Shown: piece after piece, positions 18,295 to 27,882 of the stretch
Numbering within the stretch: position 1 is the stretch's first letter
Layout: each line of letters starts with the position of its first letter
From: Candidatus Krumholzibacteriota bacterium
GTDB taxonomy: Bacteria; Krumholzibacteriota; Krumholzibacteriia; JAJRXK01
DNA: 64,000 nt
NCBI GenBank assembly: GCA_963806035.1
Contig: CAWDWO010000035.1
Coordinates: 32,001-96,000 of the forward strand
Direction of reading: 5' to 3'
Program-made: the position numbers and the translations under genes
Notes under the pieces: generated by a model
What the model was told of the DNA's origin: nothing
What the model saw: only the letters and a program-made list of their open reading frames with translations
The model's database searches: none

Positions 18295-19569
18295 TCAGCG
18301 GGTCTTCAGCCGGATGCGCATGGTGCTGCCCTGCCCGGGCTCGGTCCAGGCCACATCGACACTGCCCCCGTGATATTCGTCCACGATTCGCTTCACCAGT
18401 ACCAGTCCCAAACCCCAACCTCCCTCTCGTGTCGAAAAACCGGGCGCGAAGACCCGCCGTTGCACCGCCGGCGTCATGCCCTTCCCGTTGTCGGTGACCG
18501 TGATCACCACTTTCATGTCTTCCGAATCGTAAAGGCAGGAAACCTTGACCAGGCCCCGATCCTTGTCGATTGCGTCCAGGGCGTTCTTGATGAGGTTCTC
18601 CAGGGCCCACTCCAGGAGTTCCGGATTGACCGGCGCGAGCGGAGTCTCCTCCACGGAACTGATGATCTCCACGTGGCTCTTGAGATGAGGCAAGCGGCGG
18701 CGGAAATAGGCGCAGGCATTCTCCACGAGTTGATCCACGCGCGTCGACACGAGCTTGGGTCGGCTGCCGATTTGGGAGAAGCGATCGGACACTTTGGCGA
18801 GTCGCGCGTGGTCGCGCTCGAGCTCCTTGAGCACCTGAGAGCGGTCCACCGTGGAAGCGGGTTCATCCGCGCGTTCTTCGCCCGCCGCGTTCTCTTCACT
18901 CAAGAGCGCGAGCCACCCGCTCATGCTGGTGAGCGGAGTGCCCATCTGGTGGGCGGTCTCCTTGGCCATCCCCACCCAGAGGCTGCGTTCCTCACTGCGT
19001 TTGAGATTGCGGAAAGCGACCAGGGCCACTCCCATGAAGGCCAAGATGAGTGCCGCTTCGAGCAGGGGCATGATCGTCAGCCGCCGCGTGAGTTCGTTCT
19101 CGCCGTAGTGCAGATAGAAAATGGTTCCGCCGTGGGGATCGGTGACGTTCAACGGCTGACGGTGACGGTCGAATTCCGCCACTCTCGCCAGCAACTTTTT
19201 CAGAACCGGATCATGGGGATCTTGCGGGTTTTCGCTCTGAAAGGCGCCGGGGTTGTCCGGAAGAGCAATGCCGACCTGGCTCACGTTCCAAAACACCGGC
19301 AGGCCGGCCGCGTCGGTCATGATGACCGGTACGGAGAGTTCATCCATGGCTTCGCGCAGTTCGCGGAGTTGCTCAGGATTTTCCGAAAGGAGACGCTCGG
19401 CGGCGAGGTCCGCCAAGAGACGGGTCGTCAGTCCCGCCTGGCGCTCCACCTCCCGGTTGAGATTGAGGGAGAAGACCACGATCGCCAGGACGATGACCGC
19501 CAGTCCCAAGAGCAGGTAGCTCTTGAGGAGCGCCCTCACCGTGGGACCTCGCAAGACCGCGGATGGCAT
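18295..19569 (-). CDS. Membrane sensor histidine kinase
   Basis: Two TM segments, WVGMAKETAHQMGTPL H-box, ENLIKNALDA, DNGKG, GWGLGL. Confidence 0.93.
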   Translation of the reverse strand: MPSAVLRGPTVRALLKSYLLLGLAVIVLAIVVFSLNLNREVERQAGLTTRLLADLAAERLLSENPEQLRELREAMDELSVPVIMTDAAGLPVFWNVSQVGIALPDNPGAFQSENPQDPHDPVLKKLLARVAEFDRHRQPLNVTDPHGGTIFYLHYGENELTRRLTIMPLLEAALILAFMGVALVAFRNLKRSEERSLWVGMAKETAHQMGTPLTSMSGWLALLSEENAAGEERADEPASTVDRSQVLKELERDHARLAKVSDRFSQIGSRPKLVSTRVDQLVENACAYFRRRLPHLKSHVEIISSVEETPLAPVNPELLEWALENLIKNALDAIDKDRGLVKVSCLYDSEDMKVVITVTDNGKGMTPAVQRRVFAPGFSTREGGWGLGLVLVKRIVDEYHGGSVDVAWTEPGQGSTMRIRLKTR

Positions 19570-19585
19570 GACTCTCAAGCCCCGT

Positions 19586-20848
19586 TCAGCCGATGTATTC
19601 CAGGCCCCCCATGTAGGGCCGCAGAACCTCAGGGACGCGGATCTTGCCCGTGCCCGTGAGATGGTTCTCCATGATCGCGACGAGAACGCGCGGAAGCGCG
19701 AGCCCGCTACCGTTGAGCGTGTGCACGAAGACGGGCTTCTCCCCCTTCTCCCGCCGCCAACGAATCTGCGCCCGCCGCGCCTGGAAATCGCGGAAATTGC
19801 TGCACGAGCTCACTTCGAGCCAGGCGTCGACACCCGGGGAATAGACTTCCAGATCGTAGCACTTGGCGGCGGCGAAGGAGAGGTCTCCGGTGGCAAGCTT
19901 CACCACGCGGTAGGGCAACTCCAAAGCCTCCAGTAGATCCGTCGCGTTCGTCACCAGTTCTTCCAGTTCGCGTTCGCTGTCTTCCGGGCGGCAGAAGCGG
20001 ACCATCTCCACCTTGTGAAATTGATGGACGCGCAGCATGCCGCGGGTGTCCTTGCCCGCGCTGCCTGCCTCGCGGCGGAAGCAGGGGCTGAACGAGACGT
20101 AGCGGCGCGGCAGGTCCTCGGGGGCCAGGATGCTCTCACGATGGATGTTGGTCACCGAGACCTCAGCGGTGGGAATGAGCCACAGCCCGTCCTGCATGGT
20201 CTGATACATGTCCTCGGCCAGTTTGGGCAGCTGGCCCGTGCCCCGCACCGAGTGGTCGCGAACCAGATAGGGCGCGTTGATTTCCTGATAGCCTTGCTCC
20301 AAGTGTACGTCGAGAAACCAGTTGATGAGCGCGCGTTCGAGCCGGGCACCCGCGCCCTTGAGCAGAATGAAGCCGCTGCCGCTCATGCGGGCGGCGGCCT
20401 CCAGATCCATCAGCCCCAAGCGCTCCCCGGTCTCCCAGTGCGGCTTGGCGTAGTCCGGCTTCTTCGGCTCGCCCCAGCTACGGATCGTCTCGTTGGCCTC
20501 TTCGCCGCCGCGCGGGACATCGGAGTCGGGAAGATTCGGGATGCTCAGCTCCAGCCTCGAGAGCTCTTCTTCGAGCTCGACGAGTCGTCCCTCTCCCTCC
20601 TTGATCTCGTCCGAGACCTTCTTCATGGCAGCGATGGCCGCGCTGGCATCCTGGCCGCTCTTCTTGGCCTCGCCGATCTCCTGGGAAGCCTGGTTGCGCC
20701 GGGCTCTCAGCGCCTCCACTTCCACCAAGAGCTCGCGCCGCTTGAGGTCGGCGGAGAGGAAGTCGTCCAGCTCGGCGGCCTCGTGCTTGTCGATGATTCC
20801 CTGACGTACTTCGGCTTCGTGTTCGCGAATGAAGCGGCGGTCGAGCAC
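19586..20848 (-). CDS. serS: Serine--tRNA ligase
   Basis: GTG-LDRRFIR start after GGGAGA; LIPTAEV, FRREAGSAGKDTRG, EVSSCSN, HTLNGSGLA. Confidence 0.97.
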   Translation of the reverse strand: MLDRRFIREHEAEVRQGIIDKHEAAELDDFLSADLKRRELLVEVEALRARRNQASQEIGEAKKSGQDASAAIAAMKKVSDEIKEGEGRLVELEEELSRLELSIPNLPDSDVPRGGEEANETIRSWGEPKKPDYAKPHWETGERLGLMDLEAAARMSGSGFILLKGAGARLERALINWFLDVHLEQGYQEINAPYLVRDHSVRGTGQLPKLAEDMYQTMQDGLWLIPTAEVSVTNIHRESILAPEDLPRRYVSFSPCFRREAGSAGKDTRGMLRVHQFHKVEMVRFCRPEDSERELEELVTNATDLLEALELPYRVVKLATGDLSFAAAKCYDLEVYSPGVDAWLEVSSCSNFRDFQARRAQIRWRREKGEKPVFVHTLNGSGLALPRVLVAIMENHLTGTGKIRVPEVLRPYMGGLEYIG

Positions 20849-20978
20849 GATGAATCTCCCGATTGCTTGCGTTGCGCTTGGAGCTGGGGTATGAAAAGCC
20901 CTGGCATCCACTTCGCGCACCAAGCTAGCCGAGGGCGGCCCGCCCAAGCAAGGGATCATCGAACGGAAGGGCTCGAGC

Positions 20979-21734
<756 letters not shown>

Positions 21735-21797
21735 GCTGCGGGAAGTCACTTCAGCCCACCGCTTCGAATCCAGTCACGAGCTTCAGGAGGATGAGAA

Positions 21798-22406
21798 GTG
21801 AATGCGGAAACTTCTGCCTTCCAACAACATCTCAAACCGGACGAAGTGCGCGAACGTCTCGTCGAGCTGGGCGCCATCCTCCAGGGGCACTTCAAGCTGA
21901 GCAGCGGGCTGCACAGCGACCACTACTTCCAGTGCGCCAAGGTCTTGCAATATCCGGATCTGGCCAAGGAACTCGGCAGACTCCTGGCCGAGCAGTGCAA
22001 CGAGCTGGAGATCGATCTGGTTCTCTCACCGGCCGTGGGAGGAATCCTCATTGGTCACGAAGTGGCGCGCGCGCTGGGCCGGCGTCACGTGTTCTGCGAA
22101 CGCAAAGAGGGGAAACTGCAACTGCGCCGCGGATTCACGCTGCGCAAAGGCGAATCCGCACTGCTGGTGGATGACGTTCTCACCCGGGGAACTTCCCTGC
22201 AGGAGATGCGAACTCTGGTGGAGAGCCACGAGGGAAGCGCCAAGTCCATCGCAGTGATCGTGGACCGGCGCGAGGCTCAGCTCACGATCGATCTCCCCGT
22301 GCACTGCCTGCTCAGAGAAGAACTCCGCACATTCGAAGCAAGGCGGTGCCCCCTCTGCAAGAGCGGTGAACCCCTGGAGGCGCCGGGCTCCCGCCATGAC
22401 GCCTGA
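21798..22406 (+). CDS. pyrE: Orotate phosphoribosyltransferase
   Basis: GHFKLSSGLHS, PAVGGI, LVDDVLTRGTS. Confidence 0.95.
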   Translation: MNAETSAFQQHLKPDEVRERLVELGAILQGHFKLSSGLHSDHYFQCAKVLQYPDLAKELGRLLAEQCNELEIDLVLSPAVGGILIGHEVARALGRRHVFCERKEGKLQLRRGFTLRKGESALLVDDVLTRGTSLQEMRTLVESHEGSAKSIAVIVDRREAQLTIDLPVHCLLREELRTFEARRCPLCKSGEPLEAPGSRHDA

Positions 22407-24498
22407 ACGCAACGATCGCCTCGCACAGCTCTTCTGGGGCCTGGCGATCGCGCTTCTGATCTTCTCCAGCATTTATGCGCTGATGGTTTGGCGCGCCCCG
22501 AACTCCGACCGTTACGACTACGCGGGAAGGGCCTATCAATTCACCCAGGGGCACCAGCTCTCCACCCTCATCGTCTATCCCTTGAGGATGAGCTTCCCCG
22601 GCCATGAGACATGGCCGCCTTCGAACCTCACGCGCCCGCCTCTGTGGCCCGTGCTCTTGATTCCGGGGCTTCGCTTCGGGCTGGGAGCGCAGAGCGGAGT
22701 GATCGTCTCCGCCTTCCTCACCGCGCTCCTCTTGTGGTTCTTCGGCGCGGCGCTGCGGCCCTTCGGCAAGCTGGCCGGCGGCTTCGCCGCGCTCGCCTTC
22801 ATGTCCTCCTTCACCACCTGGAGAATCGTCGCCGAAGCGGGACCCGAAATCGCGATGGGCTTGATCGTCCTCATCCTGTGGAACTTCAAGCCCAAGGGGA
22901 AAGGTGCCTGGGTCCATCTCGCGTGCGGATGTCTGTACGGGCTCTTGCCGCTGCTGCACCCGACGGGTTGGCTCATGGCCGCCGCGGCTTTTGTCGCGCG
23001 GCCGGGCCGTTACGAGCGGGCCGGCCTCCTCGTCCTCTTGGGCGGCGCCCTCACCGCCGGCCCCTGGTATCTGCACGTTTGGTTGACGACCGGCAACCCC
23101 CTGGGACTCATGCAGTCCTACGCCGAGCTGGCGCGCAATTTGGACGCGCCGGGCGGACTGGGCGCCTATCGCGGACTGGTCCCCATCCCCACTGCCCAAG
23201 TTCTCGCCGAGAGAGGCGCCGAAGTGGCCCGGCTGGGAGTTCATCATTTGAAGATGCACCTCTTGCAATTCAATCACTGGCTGAGCTGGCCTCTGGTGTT
23301 CCTGGCGCTGTGGGGAGCCAAGCAGCACATTCGTCTCGCTCTGTGGGATGCGTGTCTGGGGATCGCGGTCTTTTCGATCCTCTCCCCCTGGAGCGCCGAA
23401 TTTCGTCCTCTGCTCCCCCTGCTGCCCATCGCCTGCCTCTGGGTCGGACGCGGCATGGCGCGGCTCGCGCAGAGCTTTCAGCCGGCCGTCGTCCTCTGCG
23501 TGGGCCTGCTCGCGATCTTCGGCCCCTGGCTCGTGCCGCCTCAGGCCAGTGCCACTCTGTTCACCGACGCGCGCACCTGGCCGCTCACGGTGCGCCATCC
23601 GGGCCAGGAGATCGTGCGCGAGCTGAAAAATGCGGGAGAGCCGGGTTCGCCCTTCTTCTGCGACAGCTCGGTGCTCGCCTTCGAAGCGCGCCGCGCCTGT
23701 GTCTTCTTGCCCGAGACTCCGGAGATCCTGCGTCAGCTGCAGCAAAAGGAAGCCCTGCGCGGCGCGCGGATCATCGCTCTGGGCGAGGGAAGAGCCTCAC
23801 GCTGGGCAACGGGACCGCAGTGGAGTGCTTTTCTGGACAGCTGCCGCGTCCTGGCGAACGAATTCGAAGGCGCGCTGATCTTGGAGACCCCCGTGCCGGG
23901 GGACAGCAGCCTGGTACCCGAGGAGCCGACCGCGCCCGAGGAGCTGCCGGCGCCCGAGCAGCCGCCCGCGCCCGCGGATTCCAGCTCCGTGCGCATCCGC
24001 GTGGACCAGACCCATCCCCTGCCCGCGGATTTCGTTCCTCCCGATCTTCTCGAGATTCCGGTGCCTCCCGCCTCGCGTCAGCACCTGCAACTGCGCCGCG
24101 ATGCCCTGGCCGCGCTGCTGCGCATGGTCGATGCGGCCAAGGAGGACGGTGTGCAGCTGCGCGTGGTCAGCGCGTACCGCTCCTACGCGCGCCAAAAAGT
24201 GCTCTACGAACGGGCCCAAAGCCGCTACGGAGAAGCGCAGCGTTGGGTGGCGGCTCCCGGCACCAGCGAACACCAACTCGGCACCACGGTCGACTTCGCC
24301 GACGCCGCCCTGAAACATGCGGTCGACCCCTCCTTCGCGCAGACCGAGGAGGGACTCTGGCTGAAGTCCCACGCGCGGGACTTCGGCTTCGATCTGAGCT
24401 ATCCGCCCGCGACGGCCGAGAGCAAGGGCTACCATCCCGAAGCGTGGCACTACCGTTACCTGGCGAATCAGGGGCGCGAGAAGGAGCGCAGACCATGA
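22396..24498 (+). CDS. Polytopic membrane (GT-C/ArnT-like) protein fused to a VanY/M15B D,D-carboxypeptidase domain
   Basis: Many hydrophobic segments with RPPLWP and TGNPL; C-terminal SAYRSYARQ, SEHQLGTTVDF, EAWHYRY. Confidence 0.8.
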   Translation: MTPERNDRLAQLFWGLAIALLIFSSIYALMVWRAPNSDRYDYAGRAYQFTQGHQLSTLIVYPLRMSFPGHETWPPSNLTRPPLWPVLLIPGLRFGLGAQSGVIVSAFLTALLLWFFGAALRPFGKLAGGFAALAFMSSFTTWRIVAEAGPEIAMGLIVLILWNFKPKGKGAWVHLACGCLYGLLPLLHPTGWLMAAAAFVARPGRYERAGLLVLLGGALTAGPWYLHVWLTTGNPLGLMQSYAELARNLDAPGGLGAYRGLVPIPTAQVLAERGAEVARLGVHHLKMHLLQFNHWLSWPLVFLALWGAKQHIRLALWDACLGIAVFSILSPWSAEFRPLLPLLPIACLWVGRGMARLAQSFQPAVVLCVGLLAIFGPWLVPPQASATLFTDARTWPLTVRHPGQEIVRELKNAGEPGSPFFCDSSVLAFEARRACVFLPETPEILRQLQQKEALRGARIIALGEGRASRWATGPQWSAFLDSCRVLANEFEGALILETPVPGDSSLVPEEPTAPEELPAPEQPPAPADSSSVRIRVDQTHPLPADFVPPDLLEIPVPPASRQHLQLRRDALAALLRMVDAAKEDGVQLRVVSAYRSYARQKVLYERAQSRYGEAQRWVAAPGTSEHQLGTTVDFADAALKHAVDPSFAQTEEGLWLKSHARDFGFDLSYPPATAESKGYHPEAWHYRYLANQGREKERRP
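23917..23970 (+). repeat. Three imperfect 18-bp tandem repeats encoding a Pro/Glu linker
   Basis: cccgaggagccgaccgcg / cccgaggagctgccggcg / cccgagcagccgcccgcg. Confidence 0.8.
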
Positions 24499-25349
24499 GC
24501 CGGCTGACCCTGTTCTTCGCTGTGGGACTGGGCCGGCGCTTCGTGCAGAAGGGGACGATGCCCTGGCTCAGCTCGGCGCTGGATCCGCGGCGCGTCGCTG
24601 AATTGGTTCCGAGCTTTCCCTGCTTGCCCGAGGTGGTGATGTTCTCGGCCCTGTGCGGTCAGAGTCCGGCGCTGCACGGCCGCGTCCTCTCACAGGACAC
24701 GGGGAATTCGCCGCTCGAAGCACCTTCGGTGGCGGAGTTCGCGCCACAGCTGCGGATGCGGATCGACGCGCGCTTGCTCGAAGCGGCTCGCGCCGAAGGA
24801 CTCGATTCCGCCTCCCGCTCACGCAAAGCTCGCGAGCTGGACGAGGAGCTCCACACACTCTTCGAGTCGCGGCAGGAGGGCGAAGTACTGCTTTTGGCCG
24901 GTGTCGCCGGCGCGCGGGCGGCAAGAGAGCGCATCGCGTGGGAAGAGCTTGCCTGCAGCGTCGAAGCTGAAGTGGAAGTCGAGAGTGCAGTCCTGCGCCT
25001 TCGCAGCGCGCAGGCCACACGGCGCGCGGAAATGCGCGAGGCACTGTTGCGCCTGCAGGGAGTGGAACGCGTGCTCCGTGACGAGGCACTCGCGGCCTTG
25101 CACCTCCCCACGGAAAATGGGGAACTGCTCTTGGCTCTCGCGCGTGAGGGATTCAGTTTCGCAGAGGAGAGGGCTTCGGTGGGAAGCTACGAATGCCCGC
25201 CGGGGGAAGAGGGGGTTTTCGTGGGCTTGGGTTGCCGCGCCCAAACGAGTTGGCCCAGCAAACTCCACGCGCTGCGTCTCGCCCCCAGCGTGGCCGCCCA
25301 CCTGGGGCGCGCCACCGCGGGCTACGCGGACCGGCCCTTTGCCCTGTGA
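24495..25349 (+). CDS. Degenerate alkaline phosphatase/nucleotide pyrophosphatase family protein
   Basis: ATGA overlap with upstream stop; N-terminus ...AVGL...MPWL...LVPSFPCLP...LCGQSPALHG resembles NPP/EboF-type proteins. Confidence 0.55.
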   Translation: MSRLTLFFAVGLGRRFVQKGTMPWLSSALDPRRVAELVPSFPCLPEVVMFSALCGQSPALHGRVLSQDTGNSPLEAPSVAEFAPQLRMRIDARLLEAARAEGLDSASRSRKARELDEELHTLFESRQEGEVLLLAGVAGARAARERIAWEELACSVEAEVEVESAVLRLRSAQATRRAEMREALLRLQGVERVLRDEALAALHLPTENGELLLALAREGFSFAEERASVGSYECPPGEEGVFVGLGCRAQTSWPSKLHALRLAPSVAAHLGRATAGYADRPFAL

Positions 25350-25545
25350 GGGTGCTTCGAGCATTCCCCCGCCACTTTTTCGGGGACGGTTTCTGAGCCT
25401 GCCAAGCACCTGCCAGTTTGGCAGTCCCGTTCAAGATCTTGCTAGTAAAGAAGTTGCTAAATAAGCTGGCCTGCTCTCGCAAGCTCCCGCCGCAAGGCGA
25501 GTTCCACGATTTTCACTGCAGCTGGAGGAAAACCCCGATTTCTTC

Positions 25546-25574
25546 TAGCCAGCTCCGATCGGGTAAACTATGCT
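25546..25574 (+). promoter_or_regulatory. Possible sigma70 promoter for the ncRNA candidate
   Basis: TAGCCA-17 nt-TATGCT ending 6 nt before the stem at 25581. Confidence 0.4.
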
Positions 25575-25580
25575 CTACTT

Positions 25581-25657
25581 TGCGGGCTGCCTCCTATTGG
25601 CCACTCGGTTCGGCTAACCACGTTTAAAATCCGGGACAGCCTTCGAGGCGGCTCGCA
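25581..25657 (+). ncRNA. Candidate structured non-coding RNA (13-bp closing stem around an H-type pseudoknot)
   Basis: 25581-25593 pairs with 25645-25657 (two G.U); inner ttggcc/ggctaa and ctcgg/ccggg; no credible ORF. Confidence 0.5.
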
Positions 25658-25667
25658 CTAAAGATTG

Positions 25668-25703
25668 AAAAAGGCCCGGGACGAAAGTCCCGGGCCTTTT
25701 TTT
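25668..25703. terminator. Bidirectional rho-independent terminator
   Basis: aaaaaggcccgggac-gaaa-gtcccgggccttttttt. Confidence 0.9.
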
Positions 25704-25722
25704 CTGCGACGCGCGCAGACGC

Positions 25723-27882
25723 TCAGCTCTGCGGCTTCTCGAAGATCGAAGTATCGATCTTCGGGTTGACCTCGATGCTCTGTGTTTCCACGCTCATCAG
25801 CGGTTCGCCGCCGTGCGTGACGTCCACCTTCTGCGCGAAGAGAATTCCCCCGTAATCCTTCCAATCGCTGAAGGTCGATACCTGCAGGCCCATGGTCTGC
25901 GTGATCATGTGCTTGGCCATGTCCGCCTGCTCGATCGGCATGTGCGTGCTCGGATCGAAGTAGAGCTTGACCCACTTCTCGTCGCTCAGCCACACCAGCA
26001 CGACATCCGCCTTGGTATCACCCACCATTTCGGAGGGAAGCGCCTGGAGTTGGAAAGAGTCGAAGTGCCCCGTGAGATAGTGGACATCTTCGATGATTCC
26101 CTCCCTCTGCTTCGCGGCCTGCTCCTCCCCCATGTCCTGGATGCCCTGCGGACCCTTGGCCCACGCGCCGTCGGCGGATACCGCCTGCACCATGTTGCCC
26201 ATGGGCATGCTGATCTCCACCCTCGCGCTGTTGGGATAGAGCGTCCACGAATTCAGGCCGATGTTGATGCTCATTCCCTGCACGTTCAGATTGGCCTTGT
26301 CCTGGCGATGCAGGCTCGAGAGCTTGGCGAGCTTCTCGCCTCCGAGAGCTTTCATGGCCGCGGACATGATGGAGTGGCCCTTCTCGATCGACTCCGCCGT
26401 GGCCTCGGGGAACTCGGGTCCCTTCGGTTCGGGGATACTGATGTCCAGGTCCTCCACCGGCCCGAACTCGGTCAGATCGCCGTCCCATTCCGACTTCTTG
26501 CCCACCGCGACGATCGCGAAATCCTCCGGATGCACGCGGCGCTGCGCCACGTCCTGCACGTCCTTCGCGTTGACGGCGCGGATCTTGTCGGGATACTGCT
26601 GCAGGAAGTCGCTGGGGTAGCCCAGGAAATCGTAGGTCTGCAGACGGGTCAGGGTTTGGCTCTTGCGAACGAAGTTAAAGACATACGAATTGAGCATGGC
26701 TTCCTTGGCCTTGCTCAGTTCGTCCTGACTCACCTCGGATTCACGGATCTTGTCCACCTGGTTGAGCACCGCTCCCAGGGCCTTGTCCACCGTGGAGTTT
26801 TTGGTTCCGCAGTAGGTCATGAAGGTGCCCTTGTGCGCCATCCCCACTCCCGCGGAGCTCCCCACGGTATAGGCCAGGCCCAGGTTGCTGCGGACTTCGT
26901 TGAACAGCCGCGAGGAGAAACCTCCGCCCAGGATCCGGTTCATCACGATCATCGAATAGTAATCGGGATCGTCCATCTTCATGCCCACTTGCCCCGCCGC
27001 GAACCAACTCTGGGTCACATCGTCCTTGTTCGCGATCAGCACACGGCGTGTCTGCTCTTTGGGCGCCTTGGGCAGGGAGGGAATGGGATTGTCCACCCTC
27101 TTCCATCCGCTGAACTGGTCCTTCAGTTCCGCCAGCATCTCCTTCGAATCGAAGTCTCCCCACACCGCGAGCATCATGTTCTCGGGGTGATAGAAGTACT
27201 GGTAGAAGTCCACCAGGTCGTCGCGCGTGATGGCGTCGATGGTGGCGTACTCGGTATTGCGCGCGTAGGGGTGATCCGGGCCCCAGATCGCCTTGGGGAT
27301 CTCACGGCGCAGGATCGACATGAGCTCGTCGTTGCGGCGCGCGATGGCCGCGCGCTGCGAGGTCTTGGCCAGATCGATCTTGGCGTCCTCGAAGGCGGGA
27401 TGCTGCAGAATGTCGCTCACCAGCTCCAGCCCGCGCTTGGCATCCTTGCGCAGGAAGGAGAAGTTCACGGTGCCGCGAGTATCATCCACGGAACTCTCGA
27501 TCGAAGCGCCCATGCCCGCGAGCAAGTCGTCCAGATCGTCGCCGCTCATGGTTTCGGTACCGCCGGTACGCAGCACCTCGCCTTCGATCTCGGCCAGACC
27601 GACTTTCGCGGCCGGCTCGTACACCGAGCCGGTGCGAATCAGGACCCGGCCCTCGACCAGGGGCCAATCGTGATCTTCCATGAGGTAGATCACCATGCCG
27701 TTGTCCAGTTCGTACCGTTGGTAATCTTTGCCCAGCTCGGGAACTTTCACTTTCCCCAATTCGGGGTAATCAAAACTCTCCCATGGCCGACTGGCCGCGC
27801 TGGCGCTCGAAACGAGCAAAAGGGGAAAGAGGACGGCCACGGCAAGCGCGGCCGATAGGCTCCGGCTTACTCTAGCTCGCAT
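25723..27882 (-). CDS. M16 peptidase family non-catalytic subunit with an extra C-terminal domain
   Basis: Signal peptide, LDNGM, no HxxEH, ILGGGFSSRLFNEVRSNLGLAY. Confidence 0.88.
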   Translation of the reverse strand: MRARVSRSLSAALAVAVLFPLLLVSSASAASRPWESFDYPELGKVKVPELGKDYQRYELDNGMVIYLMEDHDWPLVEGRVLIRTGSVYEPAAKVGLAEIEGEVLRTGGTETMSGDDLDDLLAGMGASIESSVDDTRGTVNFSFLRKDAKRGLELVSDILQHPAFEDAKIDLAKTSQRAAIARRNDELMSILRREIPKAIWGPDHPYARNTEYATIDAITRDDLVDFYQYFYHPENMMLAVWGDFDSKEMLAELKDQFSGWKRVDNPIPSLPKAPKEQTRRVLIANKDDVTQSWFAAGQVGMKMDDPDYYSMIVMNRILGGGFSSRLFNEVRSNLGLAYTVGSSAGVGMAHKGTFMTYCGTKNSTVDKALGAVLNQVDKIRESEVSQDELSKAKEAMLNSYVFNFVRKSQTLTRLQTYDFLGYPSDFLQQYPDKIRAVNAKDVQDVAQRRVHPEDFAIVAVGKKSEWDGDLTEFGPVEDLDISIPEPKGPEFPEATAESIEKGHSIMSAAMKALGGEKLAKLSSLHRQDKANLNVQGMSINIGLNSWTLYPNSARVEISMPMGNMVQAVSADGAWAKGPQGIQDMGEEQAAKQREGIIEDVHYLTGHFDSFQLQALPSEMVGDTKADVVLVWLSDEKWVKLYFDPSTHMPIEQADMAKHMITQTMGLQVSTFSDWKDYGGILFAQKVDVTHGGEPLMSVETQSIEVNPKIDTSIFEKPQS

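Noticed and set aside
19586..20848. serS as part of a selenocysteine cluster
   Set aside because: Ordinary housekeeping gene 13 kb from the selenoprotein; no selA/B/C/D in the window
21735..21790. ttcgaatcc resembles a tRNA T-loop
   Set aside because: No cloverleaf can be formed in this short intergenic gap
22611..24494. 912-aa ORF 22611..25349 and other long alternative or antisense ORFs (e.g. 5582..6997, 8849..10681, 25813..27858, 56639..58315)
   Set aside because: Shadow ORFs typical of high-GC DNA overlapping well-supported genes; only 24495..25349 of the 912-aa ORF looks real
25581..25657. Pseudoknot similar to tmRNA pk1
   Set aside because: No tRNA-like ends and no tag reading frame nearby
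25684..25695. gaaagtcccggg resembles the RNase P 5' motif
   Set aside because: It is the loop and 3' arm of a terminator hairpin
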